Both the position numbers and the translations under genes were made by a program. Shown in pieces: positions 36,618-47,012 of a stretch of DNA of 64,000 nucleotides (positions are counted from its first letter, which is position 1; every line of letters starts with the position of its first letter). Origin of the DNA: Clostridia bacterium (lineage in GTDB: Bacteria > Bacillota > Clostridia > UMGS1883); assembly GCA_017440585.1 (NCBI GenBank), contig JAFSGW010000017.1, positions 17,401 through 81,400 of the forward strand. Reading direction: 5' to 3'. Under the pieces are notes generated by a model that worked only from the letters and a program-made list of their open reading frames with translations, ran no database searches and was not told the origin of the DNA.

Positions 36618-36880
36618 TTCTTGAGCATAATAGCATTACAACAAGTAAATATAACGCTCTGCGGTGTACGTATTTATCGGGGCACTATTTGAACCAACAC
36701 TTTTTTTAAGGGAGAAAAACTCTCGGTCCGCTGCGTGCATGCTCTCCCTTGGGAAACCGACGAAGAGAGAAGCCCATAACCGGAACGGATTTCACCCACC
36801 TGCGTAGCAGGTTTCAAATAAGCCTCATTTACGGCATTGCGGGGCATTTGTTGTATAAAACATAAGATGGAGTTGAGAAA

Positions 36881-37312
36881 ATGAGTAAAGTTAAATGCAA
36901 TAAATGCGGTTCCGACATAAAAATTACATCCATATTTTTAGAAAAGGCAGGCTGTGAAAACTGCGGTAACAGTATTGATTTTACGGCTATGGACCAGCTT
37001 TCCGGCTTAAGGCAGGGGCTTATGCTTGGTACGGCTGTCTTCTGCGGTGTTGCTCTTTTGATTTTTATGCTCGTCTCCGGAATAAGCTTTAGTGAATTGG
37101 GTGCATTGTGGGAAGAGCTCAGCGTGGGTTCAATGGGCATGCTGTTGTTCTTTGCCTGTGTAATTGTGCTTGTTGTCGGCACACTGGAGCGTGTTATAGG
37201 CTGTTCCATTTACGAAGAGTGGAGAAAAAGAGAAGAAGAGCTTGAAAAAATTGCCGAAGAAAAACGCAGACAGGAAGCTTTGCAGGCAATGATGGATTGT
37301 GATAACGAATAA
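36881..37312 (+). CDS. Zinc-ribbon membrane protein, hypothetical
   Basis: CNKCGS...CENCGN zinc ribbon, two TM helices, C-terminal coiled coil; GGAG RBS. Confidence 0.5.
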   Translation: MSKVKCNKCGSDIKITSIFLEKAGCENCGNSIDFTAMDQLSGLRQGLMLGTAVFCGVALLIFMLVSGISFSELGALWEELSVGSMGMLLFFACVIVLVVGTLERVIGCSIYEEWRKREEELEKIAEEKRRQEALQAMMDCDNE

Positions 37313-37315
37313 TAC

Positions 37316-37348
37316 ATAAAAAAGAGACTCGTTTGAGTCTCTTTTTTA
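37316..37348. terminator. Bidirectional terminator
   Basis: AAAAAAGAGACTC / GAGTCTCTTTTTT stem between convergent genes. Confidence 0.8.
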
Positions 37349-38122
37349 TGCTGTGAACGAGTCACCGGTTGATATATAGTTGAGTTTATCATTCATAATT
37401 TCTTTCAATACTTCAAACTGAGCCTGTCCGGTACAGTGGCAAGTGTAATATGTGCAGTTATACGAAAGCAAAGCTTTGGCTGATTCGGTGAGTCTTTGTA
37501 AGCCTTTCTCATCAATATTGATTTTCATAAAGTGAAAACCGCCAATGAGAACATCGGGGTTAAAGAAATGGGCAATATTCAAGATGCCTTTATGTGAGCA
37601 GCCGCTGATGAGGATTTTCCTATTATTCTCTTTTATAAGCAGATATTGTTCATGGTCAAAATTATCGGGTATATTGCTATCGAGTGTTAAGGAGCTGTGG
37701 TCTACATCAAAGGGAGCGGGGAGCAGTGAGGCGGGGAAAAGGGTGAGGTTATCTATGTGAAGGGGAGCTGATACACAGGTAAACCTTTCATTTCCCGAAA
37801 GAGTGCGGTCAAGACCGATGTAACCGTTTTTGGAGTAATGGTTTTCAAAAGCATGAGGGCTGAGATAAATTTCAGCCTTTGAATTGGTTTCGAGAAACCG
37901 TTTTAAACCGCCGCCATGGTCATAGTGACCGTGGGATATGATTAAAATATCAACCTTTGTAAGGTCAATGCCAAGCTTTACTGCATTTTTATAAAAAGCA
38001 TCGCTCTGACCTGTATCAAAGAGAATTCTGTGGTTTTCTGTTTCGATATATAAACTCAGCCCGTGCTCTGAGAAAAGATGGCTGTGAGCTGTTGTATTTT
38101 CTGTTAAAACTGTTATTTGCAT
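37346..38122 (-). CDS. MBL-fold metallo-hydrolase
   Basis: ISHGHYDHGGG metal-binding motif; 258 aa. Confidence 0.75.
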   Translation of the reverse strand: MQITVLTENTTAHSHLFSEHGLSLYIETENHRILFDTGQSDAFYKNAVKLGIDLTKVDILIISHGHYDHGGGLKRFLETNSKAEIYLSPHAFENHYSKNGYIGLDRTLSGNERFTCVSAPLHIDNLTLFPASLLPAPFDVDHSSLTLDSNIPDNFDHEQYLLIKENNRKILISGCSHKGILNIAHFFNPDVLIGGFHFMKINIDEKGLQRLTESAKALLSYNCTYYTCHCTGQAQFEVLKEIMNDKLNYISTGDSFTA

Positions 38123-38166
38123 AGTATACCTCTTAAAAATGCCCGACCTTAGTCGGGCATTTGGTG

Positions 38167-39174
38167 TTATTGTAATAAATTCTTCTTTACAAGAAATTTG
38201 CCCGTACCCTTTGCAACGGTGAGCATGGGGTCTTCGGGAATGATAACCTTAATGCCCGTTGCCTGGGAAATGAGTTTGTCAAAGCCGTAAAGAAGACTGC
38301 TGCCGCCAGTAAGGATAATGCCACGGTCAGAAATGTCACCTGCAAGCTCGGGAGGCGTTTGCTCCAGAACATTGACAATTTCTTCGATAATTGTGTTAAC
38401 GCTTTCGGAAAGAGCTTCCATTATTTCCCCTGAGGAAATGAGCATTGACTGGGGAAGGCCCGACACCAGGCTTCTGCCTTTGATTTCGCAGTTTAATACA
38501 TCGGGACGTTCGGAAACACAACCGATATCCTTCTTTACATACTCCGCTGTTTTTTCGCCTATTATGATGGCAAACTTTTTACGGACATAACGGACTATAG
38601 CATCATCAAAACGGTCACCTGCTATTTTAAGTGAACTGGAGGCAACAATACCGTTCATGGAAATAACTGCAATGTCGGTTACACCGCCGCCTATATCAAC
38701 AACCATTGTGCCCGAGGGACGGGAAATGTCACAGCCTGCACCAATTGCCGCAGCGATGGGTGAGGAAACTATCTGCACCTTACGGGCACCGCTTCTTAAA
38801 AGGGCATCCATAACGGCTCTCTTTTCAACCTCGGTTGCACCGCCGGGGACAGAAACAACAACAGCAGGCTTGATTATATTATGTGAGCACACCTTTTTTA
38901 TAAATACAGTGAGCATTTCTTCAGTTGCTTTATAGTCAGAAATAACGCCGTCCTTCATGGGGCGTACGGCAATTATACCAACAGGAGTTCTGCCGAGCAT
39001 AACCTCACTTGTGAGCCCCACGGCATGGATGGTTTTACTTGAACGATACATTGTAACAATGGAGGGCTCTGTTAAGCTGATGCCCTTTTTTGTACTTATA
39101 CGGACGTTGGATGTGCCTAAATCCAAACCGATTTCATGTACGTAATTGAACAAAATCTGCCACCGTCCTTTCAT
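38167..39174 (-). CDS. Actin-like rod-shape protein MreB/Mbl paralogue
   Basis: IGLDLGTSNVRI, GGGTTDIAVIS, actin/HSP70 fold; the start codon is uncertain (a long N-terminal extension before IGLDLG). Confidence 0.8.
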   Translation of the reverse strand: MKGRWQILFNYVHEIGLDLGTSNVRISTKKGISLTEPSIVTMYRSSKTIHAVGLTSEVMLGRTPVGIIAVRPMKDGVISDYKATEEMLTVFIKKVCSHNIIKPAVVVSVPGGATEVEKRAVMDALLRSGARKVQIVSSPIAAAIGAGCDISRPSGTMVVDIGGGVTDIAVISMNGIVASSSLKIAGDRFDDAIVRYVRKKFAIIIGEKTAEYVKKDIGCVSERPDVLNCEIKGRSLVSGLPQSMLISSGEIMEALSESVNTIIEEIVNVLEQTPPELAGDISDRGIILTGGSSLLYGFDKLISQATGIKVIIPEDPMLTVAKGTGKFLVKKNLLQ

Positions 39175-39322
39175 TGTTTTGCAATAAATATGAATAAAAT
39201 TATATTATCAAACAATCGTTCATAAATCAATGCTTTTTTGATTAAATTTGCACCACTTGACAAATTTATGTATTTGATATAATATATACTGGAAATTTAT
39301 AATAAAGGATTTGATTATTTTT

Positions 39323-40597
39323 ATGGACAGTAGTCTATGGTTTGTTCTGGTAATACTCATTATACTTTCCGGATATTTTTCCGCAAGTGAAACAGCGTTT
39401 TCTGCGTTTAACCGTGCGAGAATGAAAAACCTGGCGCAAAACGGCAACAAAAAGGCAACACTTGTGCTGAAAATGAGTGAGGATTTTGACAAGGTTCTTT
39501 CTACGCTTCTCATTGGTAACAACATTGTTAATATTACAGCAACAACAATTGCAACTATTTTGTTTGCACAGATGCTTTTTATTCCTCAGGAAATAAGAGC
39601 AACAGCTTCAACTGTTTTCATGACACTTGCCGTACTGATTTTTGGTGAAATTACACCTAAGTCTATGGCAAAGCAGGCTCCCGAAGCATTTGCAATGTTT
39701 TCGGCTCCGTTTCTTAATGCATTGTCAATTGTTCTTACGCCATTGAGCATTATTTTCATGGCATGGCAGAAAAAAATTGTAAACAAGGTGTTTGACTTTG
39801 GTGCAGACGATAAAATTACTGAAGATGAGCTTCTTACAATTGTTGACGAGGCAGCAGAGGATGGCGGCATAAACAGCCAGGAAAGCGAGCTTATAAAGAA
39901 CGCCATTGAGTTTAACGATATAGAGGTTAACGAGGTACTTACGCCCCGTGTTGACGTTGTTGCAATTGACATTGAATGGGACAAGGAGAAGATTGCCGAA
40001 ACCTTTGAAGAGTCGGGATTTTCCAGACTGCCTGTTTATAAAGATACCATTGATAACATCATAGGCGTGCTTACACACCGTGACTTTGTAGCTGAAGAAA
40101 AGAGTGACATTTTCAGGATTGAAAGTGCCATCAAGCCCGTTAAGTTTATTTTCTCAACTATGAAAATATCAAAGCTTCTGAGGTTTTTGCAGGAAAGCAA
40201 GTCACATATAGTAGTTGTAAGTGATGAATACGGCGGTACAGAGGGTATTGTAACCTTAGAAGACATTATAGAAGCACTTGTCGGCGAAATCTGGGACGAA
40301 TACGACAGTGTTGAGCAGAGCGATTTTGAAAAGATTTCCGATAATGCATACAAGGTGAATGCTTCGGCTACATTAGAGGATATGTTTGAATTTTTCTCCC
40401 TTCGTTTTGATGAGGAAGAAATGGACGACATAAATACTGTAGGCGGATTTGTGGCTTCCCAGCTTGAAAAAATACCCGATGTGGGCGATACCTTTGAATA
40501 TGAAAACCTGAAGTTTACTGTTACGAGTACAGACTCGGCAAGAGTGCTGAGTGTGCTTGTAAAGGTGGGCGAAAAGGAAAATAAAGAAGAAAACTAG
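39323..40597 (+). CDS. CNNM/CorC-type transporter (DUF21 membrane domain plus CBS pair plus CorC_HlyC)
   Basis: LSGYFSASETAFSA, CBS domains, C-terminal transporter-associated domain; an alternative TTG start at 39311 lies too close to the RBS. Confidence 0.8.
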   Translation: MDSSLWFVLVILIILSGYFSASETAFSAFNRARMKNLAQNGNKKATLVLKMSEDFDKVLSTLLIGNNIVNITATTIATILFAQMLFIPQEIRATASTVFMTLAVLIFGEITPKSMAKQAPEAFAMFSAPFLNALSIVLTPLSIIFMAWQKKIVNKVFDFGADDKITEDELLTIVDEAAEDGGINSQESELIKNAIEFNDIEVNEVLTPRVDVVAIDIEWDKEKIAETFEESGFSRLPVYKDTIDNIIGVLTHRDFVAEEKSDIFRIESAIKPVKFIFSTMKISKLLRFLQESKSHIVVVSDEYGGTEGIVTLEDIIEALVGEIWDEYDSVEQSDFEKISDNAYKVNASATLEDMFEFFSLRFDEEEMDDINTVGGFVASQLEKIPDVGDTFEYENLKFTVTSTDSARVLSVLVKVGEKENKEEN

Positions 40598-40606
40598 TAT
40601 AACTGA

Positions 40607-40632
40607 CCCTGAAATATGGGTCATTTTTTCTT
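40607..40632 (+). terminator. Rho-independent terminator
   Basis: TGACCC / GGGTCA stem followed by TTTTTTC. Confidence 0.7.
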
Positions 40633-40754
40633 AAAAAAATTTGTATAACTCAAAAAAAAGTGTTGTAAAATTAAAATGCAGATGCTATAATAATTGATGG
40701 TATTTTGACAGAGTATGTTTCTGCCAAAAATTTAACATGTTAGAGGGGATTACA

Positions 40755-41954
40755 ATGGCAAACAAAGAAAGAAGAGTCGGAACGGTATCAAGAGGTATTC
40801 GCTGTCCTATCATACGCGAAGGTGATGATCTTGCTGCAATCGTAGCAACAAGCGTCCTTGAAGCGGCTGAATTTGAGGGCTTTGAAATCAGAGATCGTGA
40901 CGTTATTTCCATAACAGAATCTATCGTAGCAAGAGCACAGGGAAACTATGCTTCTGTTGACGATATTGCCGCAGATGTTAAGGCTAAGCTCGGCGGGGAC
41001 ACAGTAGGTGTTATTTTCCCCATACTTTCACGTAACCGCTTTGCTATTTGCTTAAAGGGTATTGCAAAGGCTGTAAAGAAGGTTGTTCTTATGCTCAGCT
41101 ATCCCTCTGACGAGGTTGGTAATGAGCTCATAAGCATTGATAAAATTGACGAAGCAGGCATCAACCCCTATTCCGATGTGCTTTCCCTTGAAAAGTATCG
41201 TGAGCTTTTCGGCGAAAACAAGCACGAATTTACAGGTGTTGATTATGTTCAGTACTATGGCGATGTTATAAAAGAATGCGGTGCAGAGGTTGAAATTGTT
41301 TTTGCAAATCAGGCAAAGGCTATTCTCGATTACACCGACTGTGTTATCAACTGCGATATTCACACACGTGCTCGCACAAAGCGTATTCTTCTTGCTGCAG
41401 GTGCAAAGGTTGTATGCTCTCTTGACGATATTCTTAACGCTCCTGTGAATGGTTCCGGCTGTAATGAAAAATATGGCCTTCTCGGCTCCAATAAGTCCAC
41501 AGAGGACAAGATTAAGCTTTTCCCCAGAGAATGTAAAGACCTTGTGCTTGATATCCAGAAGAGAGTTATGGATGCAACAGGCAAGCATGTTGAGGTTATG
41601 GTATACGGTGACGGTGCATTCAAGGATCCTCAGGGTAAAATCTGGGAGCTTGCTGACCCGGTTGTTTCTCCTGCTTATACAGACGGTCTTGTTGGCACAC
41701 CCAATGAACTTAAGCTTAAGTACCTTGCAGATAACGACTTTGCAGAGCTTTCCGGTGAAGCTTTGAAGGAAGCTATCAGCAAGAGCATTAAGGAGAAGGA
41801 AGGTAACCTTGTAGGCAACATGGCATCTCAGGGTACAACACCCCGTCAGCTTACAGACCTTATCGGTTCTCTTTGTGACCTTACCTCCGGTTCCGGTGAT
41901 AAGGGTACACCCGTTGTACTTGTACAGGGCTATTTCGACAACTATACAAACTAA
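40755..41954 (+). CDS. CofE-like (F420-0:gamma-glutamyl ligase fold) family protein, 399 aa
   Basis: GIRCPIIREGDDLAAIVATSVLEAAEF...RDRDVISITESIVARAQGN matches the CofE-like N-terminal pattern; start at internal ATG with RBS AGAGGGGA. Confidence 0.45.
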   Translation: MANKERRVGTVSRGIRCPIIREGDDLAAIVATSVLEAAEFEGFEIRDRDVISITESIVARAQGNYASVDDIAADVKAKLGGDTVGVIFPILSRNRFAICLKGIAKAVKKVVLMLSYPSDEVGNELISIDKIDEAGINPYSDVLSLEKYRELFGENKHEFTGVDYVQYYGDVIKECGAEVEIVFANQAKAILDYTDCVINCDIHTRARTKRILLAAGAKVVCSLDDILNAPVNGSGCNEKYGLLGSNKSTEDKIKLFPRECKDLVLDIQKRVMDATGKHVEVMVYGDGAFKDPQGKIWELADPVVSPAYTDGLVGTPNELKLKYLADNDFAELSGEALKEAISKSIKEKEGNLVGNMASQGTTPRQLTDLIGSLCDLTSGSGDKGTPVVLVQGYFDNYTN

Positions 41955-41960
41955 TCATAT

Positions 41961-41988
41961 AAAAAGCGACTTTCGGGTCGCTTTTTTG
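41961..41988 (+). terminator. Rho-independent terminator
   Basis: AAGCGAC / GTCGCTT stem plus T-run. Confidence 0.75.
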
Positions 41989-42080
41989 TATGATTGCACC
42001 AAAAAAATATTGTTGCTTTTTTAAAGGCTGTATATTATAATACTTAAGATAGGTTATACAAATTGAAAGGACTGATTTAA

Positions 42081-43274
42081 ATGTATTTATCAAAGAAATT
42101 TTCTTCAATCAGCCCCTCTGCAACACTTGCTATTGATTCTAAGTTCAAGGCAATGAAAGCGGAAGGTATAGATGTGGTTGGTTTCGGTGCAGGTGAACCT
42201 GACTTTCCGACACCCCGTCACATAAAGGATGCCGCTATAGCTGCAATTGAGAATAATATGACAACATATACACCTGCTTCGGGAACACTTGCCGTAAAGG
42301 AAGCAGTATGCTGTAAGTTTAAAAATGAAAACAACCTTGAATATAAGGCTGAAAATATTGTTGTATCAAACGGTGCAAAGCACTCTCTTAACAATGCTCT
42401 CGGTGCAATTTTAAACCCCGGTGACGAGGTTATAATTCCTGCACCCTGCTGGGTAAGCTATCCCGAGATGGTGCTTCTTGCAGACGGTGTGCCCGTTATT
42501 GTTAATTCTACAGAGGAAGAAGGCTTCCTTCCCACAATTGAAAAAATTAAGGCTGCTGTTACAGAAAAGACAAGAGCTATTATTATTAACAACCCTTCAA
42601 ACCCCACCGGTATGTGCTATTCTGAAGAGTTGCTCCGCGAAATTGCAGATTTGTGTGTGAAGAACAACATATACATTATTGCAGACGAAATTTACGAAAG
42701 CCTTGTTTACGGTGGCAGAAAGAATTTCTCCATCGCTACAATAAGCGATGAGGTTAAGGACATTACAATCGTTGTAAACGGTGTTTCCAAAACTTATGCA
42801 ATGACCGGCTGGAGAATTGGTTACACAGCTTCCAATGCACGCCTTGCGAAGATTATGGGCAATGTGCAGTCTCATGCAACAAGCAACCCCAACTCTATCG
42901 CTCAGCATGCAACTGTTGCAGCTCTTACAGGGGATCAGGAGCCCGTTTTGGAAATGAAGAAGGCTTTTGAAGAGAGAAGAAACCACATGGTTGAGAGAAT
43001 GAACTCCATCGACGGTGTAAGCTGTATTATGCCTGATGGTGCATTCTACATCATGATGAATATTTCTGCACTTTTGGGCAAGGAAATTGACGGCACGGTT
43101 ATCACAGGCAGTGATGTGTTTGCAGAGAAGTTCCTTGAGGTCGAAAAGGTTGCAGTTGTACCCGGCAAGAGCTTTGGTACAGATATTCACGTAAGATGGA
43201 GCTATGCAACAAGCATGGAAAACATCGATAAGGGTCTTGACAGACTTGAAGCATTTATTGCAAAGCTTAAATAA
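42081..43274 (+). CDS. Aspartate/aromatic aminotransferase (class I PLP aminotransferase)
   Basis: GEPDFPTP, NPSNPTG, SKTYAMTGWRIGY PLP-lysine region. Confidence 0.85.
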   Translation: MYLSKKFSSISPSATLAIDSKFKAMKAEGIDVVGFGAGEPDFPTPRHIKDAAIAAIENNMTTYTPASGTLAVKEAVCCKFKNENNLEYKAENIVVSNGAKHSLNNALGAILNPGDEVIIPAPCWVSYPEMVLLADGVPVIVNSTEEEGFLPTIEKIKAAVTEKTRAIIINNPSNPTGMCYSEELLREIADLCVKNNIYIIADEIYESLVYGGRKNFSIATISDEVKDITIVVNGVSKTYAMTGWRIGYTASNARLAKIMGNVQSHATSNPNSIAQHATVAALTGDQEPVLEMKKAFEERRNHMVERMNSIDGVSCIMPDGAFYIMMNISALLGKEIDGTVITGSDVFAEKFLEVEKVAVVPGKSFGTDIHVRWSYATSMENIDKGLDRLEAFIAKLK

Positions 43275-43294
43275 TTTTAAAAGGAGATATAATC

Positions 43295-44095
43295 ATGAAA
43301 CTTGGTGTTATCGGTGCAGGTAATATGTCCTCTGCAATTCTGCAGGGCGTAATCAAAGCCGGAGCTTTTAAGGTTGAGGATATCTACGTGAGCGAAATTC
43401 TTGAAGATAAGCTCCAAAAAGCTGCTGAGCTTGGCGTTCATACAACTACTGATGCAAGAGTTGTTGTTGAAAACAGTGACTATATTATGTTTGGTGTAAA
43501 GCCCAACGTTATCCTTAAGGTAATGGATGGCGTTAAGAATTTTATCGGTGATAAGGTTGTAATTTCCATAGCTGCAGGTATAAGCGTTGAAAGCATGAAG
43601 GCTGTGCTTGGTACAAAGGCAAAGGTTGTTCGTACAATGCCCAATATGCCTGCTCTTGTAGGTGAGGGTATGACAGCAGTGTGCAAGGCTGACGATGTGT
43701 CTGAAGAAGAAATGAAAGTCGTTTTCGACATTTTCAATTCAATCGGCAAAACAGCACTTCTGCCCGAAACACTCATTAACACAGCAACTGCTACAAACGG
43801 TAGTGGTCCTGCATATGTTTTCATGATGATTGAAGCCATGGCCGATGCTGCGGTGCTTCACGGCATTCCCCGTGACACTGCATATCTGCTTGTTTCACAG
43901 ACAATTCTTGGTGCGGCAAAGCTTGCACTTGAAACAGGAAAACATCCCGGTCAGCTTAAGGATATGGTATGTTCACCCGGCGGTACTGCAATTGAGGCAG
44001 TATATCAGCTTGAGCTTGACGGCTTCCGTGCATCGCTTATTAACGCAATTGACCGTTGCGTAAAGAAAGCAAACAGCATGGGCGAAAAGAAATAA
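43295..44095 (+). CDS. proC: Pyrroline-5-carboxylate reductase
   Basis: MKLGVIGAGNMSSAIL Rossmann motif, P5CR C-terminal dimerisation domain. Confidence 0.9.
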   Translation: MKLGVIGAGNMSSAILQGVIKAGAFKVEDIYVSEILEDKLQKAAELGVHTTTDARVVVENSDYIMFGVKPNVILKVMDGVKNFIGDKVVISIAAGISVESMKAVLGTKAKVVRTMPNMPALVGEGMTAVCKADDVSEEEMKVVFDIFNSIGKTALLPETLINTATATNGSGPAYVFMMIEAMADAAVLHGIPRDTAYLLVSQTILGAAKLALETGKHPGQLKDMVCSPGGTAIEAVYQLELDGFRASLINAIDRCVKKANSMGEKK

Positions 44096-44132
44096 GGACA
44101 AGATTCATAATCTCTTCGTTTTTGTCATATAT

Positions 44133-44705
44133 ATGGACAGAAACGGAGGGATTTCTTTGTTCAGACATAAATATAAGCATTTAAACGGCATAGCATTTGC
44201 ACTTGGACTGTTTTTCACCGTAGGACTTGTTCTGGGGACTCTTGCACTTTTGTATGTGCCTCAAAGCATTGTAAGCGAGGCGGTAGCCACATTTAAGATC
44301 AATAAAAGCGAAAGCTTTGGTGCACTTTTTAAAGAAAATCTTACATTTGAGCTTGTGTGGATGTTTGTTTTGTGGATGCTGGGGAGCAGTGCCGTTACTG
44401 CATCCTTTACCGGTGCCGTAATATCTCTGCGTGGGTTTGTAATTGGCTTTTCAATGGCTTTTTCCAATATAAGCGAGCTTGGCTGGCTCGGGATTTTTAC
44501 AAGAAGCATTTTGCCTCAGTGCATAACGGCATTGCCATTGATGAGTGCATTTGTTATAATGTGTACAATGCAGATTTCCGGGAGAAGCACGGGTTATAAC
44601 GGTCAGGCAGGGTATTTTATACGCGGAGGGCTGTTTTTTGTACTTTTAGTACCGCTTTGTGCTCTTGAAACCTGGCTTATGCTGTTTTTTGAAAAATTTT
44701 GTTAA
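44133..44705 (+). CDS. spoIIM: Stage II sporulation protein M-like membrane protein
   Basis: 190 aa, about 5 TM segments; conserved spoIIM-xerD synteny in Clostridia. Confidence 0.5.
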   Translation: MDRNGGISLFRHKYKHLNGIAFALGLFFTVGLVLGTLALLYVPQSIVSEAVATFKINKSESFGALFKENLTFELVWMFVLWMLGSSAVTASFTGAVISLRGFVIGFSMAFSNISELGWLGIFTRSILPQCITALPLMSAFVIMCTMQISGRSTGYNGQAGYFIRGGLFFVLLVPLCALETWLMLFFEKFC

Positions 44706-44765
44706 TTTTACTATTGTATATTGCTGTTGTTTGGGTGTAAAATCGTATGGAAGGGAGGGTAAGGC

Positions 44766-45644
44766 ATGAAAAAGCTGATTTCGGCATATGAGAATGCTCT
44801 TTGGAACGAGTGTGCGAAAAATACGGTGCAATCATACATGATTGACCTTGAAAAATTTCTTAAAGAGTGTAATGTTAAAACTAAAAAAGACCTTCTTAAG
44901 ATAAAGGCGGATACCGTAAACGACTATATACAGAACCGGAAAAACCTTGGTGTGTCTTATTCTTCTGTTTTGAGATCGGTTGCTTCTTTGAAAAAATTTT
45001 TTGGTTACGCCTTTGAAGCGGGAATAACGAAGAGAAATCCTGCTGAGGGCATAAACATGCCTAAACCGCAACGGAAAATGCCCATCACAATGACTGATGA
45101 AGAGGTTGTAGACTTGCTTGAAGCCCCCGATAAAGCAACCTTGAAGGGGATAAGGGACTCGGCTATGCTGGAGCTTATGTATGCAACGGGTGCACGTGTT
45201 AGTGAAATTGTAGGTCTTAAAACAGGCGATGTGGTTTTAAAAAATGAGGTTGTTATCCTTCAGACCGGTAAAAAAAGCAGATATGTTCCCATTGGAAGTG
45301 TTGCCATAGATGCATTGTATAAATACATTAAAGATTGCCGTGGTGAAATTGCTACGGAAAAGTCAGGAGATTCATTTTTCCTTAATCTTTACGGTGAGCC
45401 CATGTCCAGGCAGGGCTTCTGGAAAATTGTGAAGGGTTACATTGAAAAATGCGGGCTTAATCCGGGTATAACACCCCAGAGCTTACGCCATTCCTTTGCT
45501 CTTCATATGCTCCGTAACGGGGCAGATGCACGTGCTGTTTCAGAAATGCTCGGCTACAGCGATGTTTCCTCAACAAAAATTTATATGGATGTTTTAAATA
45601 ACAGAATACGCGATATTTATAAAAGCTCTCATCCGAGAGCATAA
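44766..45644 (+). CDS. xerD: Site-specific tyrosine recombinase XerD
   Basis: R...HxxR...Y catalytic signature (LRHSFALHMLRNGADARAVSEMLGYSDVSSTKIYMDV). Confidence 0.85.
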   Translation: MKKLISAYENALWNECAKNTVQSYMIDLEKFLKECNVKTKKDLLKIKADTVNDYIQNRKNLGVSYSSVLRSVASLKKFFGYAFEAGITKRNPAEGINMPKPQRKMPITMTDEEVVDLLEAPDKATLKGIRDSAMLELMYATGARVSEIVGLKTGDVVLKNEVVILQTGKKSRYVPIGSVAIDALYKYIKDCRGEIATEKSGDSFFLNLYGEPMSRQGFWKIVKGYIEKCGLNPGITPQSLRHSFALHMLRNGADARAVSEMLGYSDVSSTKIYMDVLNNRIRDIYKSSHPRA

Positions 45645-45670
45645 AAAGGAGCCACAGGGCTCCTTTTTAT
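45645..45670 (+). terminator. Rho-independent terminator
   Basis: GGAGCC / GGCTCC stem plus TTTTT. Confidence 0.7.
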
Positions 45671-45723
45671 GTGGACATAAGGGGCAAATAGTGGTACAAT
45701 ATTTTAAAAGGAGGTGAGGATAA

Positions 45724-46929
45724 ATGCGTGTGATACTTCATTGCGACTGCAATGGCTTTTTCGCTTCTGTAGAAGCACTTGATAATCCCGAACTGAAAAA
45801 CATACCTATGGCAGTAGGCGGCGATGAGGAAAGCAGAAAAGGCATAATACTCGCAAAAAATGAAGCAGCAAAAAAGTACGGTATTGTAACTGCAGAAACC
45901 ATATGGTCTGCAAGAAAAAAGTGCCCTCATCTTGTAATTGTACCCCCAAGGCACGAAAGATACATGGAGGTATCAAGGAAAGTTAACGAAATATACAAGG
46001 AATATACAGAATTTGTAGAGCCCTTTGGTATTGACGAATCCTGGCTTGATGTAACAAGTGTTAAAGAGCTTTTCGGCGACGGCAAAAAGATTGCTGATGA
46101 ATTGAGAGGAAGAATTGCCCGTGAAATAGGGACAACAATTTCCGTGGGTGTATCATTTACGAAATCCTTTGCAAAACTGGGCAGCGATTATAAGAAGCCT
46201 GATGCTACGACGGTTATAATGCCTGAGGATGTTGAAAGGATTGTTTATCCTCAGCCGTTGGGAAATTTGCTTTTTGCGGGTGCAAAAAGCTGTAATGAAT
46301 TTTCTAAATACGGTATAAACACCATAGGCGAGCTTGCAAAAGCAGACAAGGCTTTTATTGAGAAACATTTTGGTAAAAACGGATTGCTTTTATATAATTA
46401 CGCTATCGGAAACGATGAGGACAGAGTGCGTAGTATTTACGAAGAAGAGGAGATAAAATCCATTGGAAATTCCTACACATTTGCCCATGATTTGCAAGGG
46501 GAGGAGGAAATAAGGCATGCACTTATGTGGCTGTGTGACGTTGTTTCCTCAAGAATGAGAAAGGCAGGAGTAAAGTGCACGGTTGTTTCAGCCACGGTTC
46601 GTGACGGAAACTTCAGAACGGTTTCAAGGCAGATGACACTTTCTGCACCCACAAACCACGCCAGGGATTTACTGGAATTTGGAATGACGCTTGTGAAAAA
46701 GTGTGGAATATCACAGGGAGTAAGGCTTCTTGGCATATCCGGCACCAATTTTGTGCAGGACGGGGAAGAACAGATTACTCTTTTTGGCATTGAAAACAAC
46801 AGAAAGAGTGAAAAGCTTGATGCTGCCATTGACTCGGTGAGGGCAAGATTTGGGCAAAAAGCTGTAAAATTTGCTTCAAGTGAAGAGCATTATACTAAAT
46901 ATGCCGAAAAAGGTGAAGATAACAACTAA
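45724..46929 (+). CDS. dinB: DNA polymerase IV (Y-family)
   Basis: MRVILHCDCNGFFASVE, IMPUMUC fold motifs. Confidence 0.9.
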   Translation: MRVILHCDCNGFFASVEALDNPELKNIPMAVGGDEESRKGIILAKNEAAKKYGIVTAETIWSARKKCPHLVIVPPRHERYMEVSRKVNEIYKEYTEFVEPFGIDESWLDVTSVKELFGDGKKIADELRGRIAREIGTTISVGVSFTKSFAKLGSDYKKPDATTVIMPEDVERIVYPQPLGNLLFAGAKSCNEFSKYGINTIGELAKADKAFIEKHFGKNGLLLYNYAIGNDEDRVRSIYEEEEIKSIGNSYTFAHDLQGEEEIRHALMWLCDVVSSRMRKAGVKCTVVSATVRDGNFRTVSRQMTLSAPTNHARDLLEFGMTLVKKCGISQGVRLLGISGTNFVQDGEEQITLFGIENNRKSEKLDAAIDSVRARFGQKAVKFASSEEHYTKYAEKGEDNN

Positions 46930-47012
46930 ACTTTGTGATTTATATTGACAATAAACATACATTTTTGGTAAAATATAATGGAGAATTTGTTTGAAGAAAA
47001 GAGGGTTTTATT

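Noticed and set aside
36690-36800. Minus-strand GGACCGAGAG and GUUCCGG segments reminiscent of the ykkC (guanidine-I) riboswitch
   Set aside because: Motif order and spacing do not match the ykkC consensus, and there is no downstream gene on that strand.
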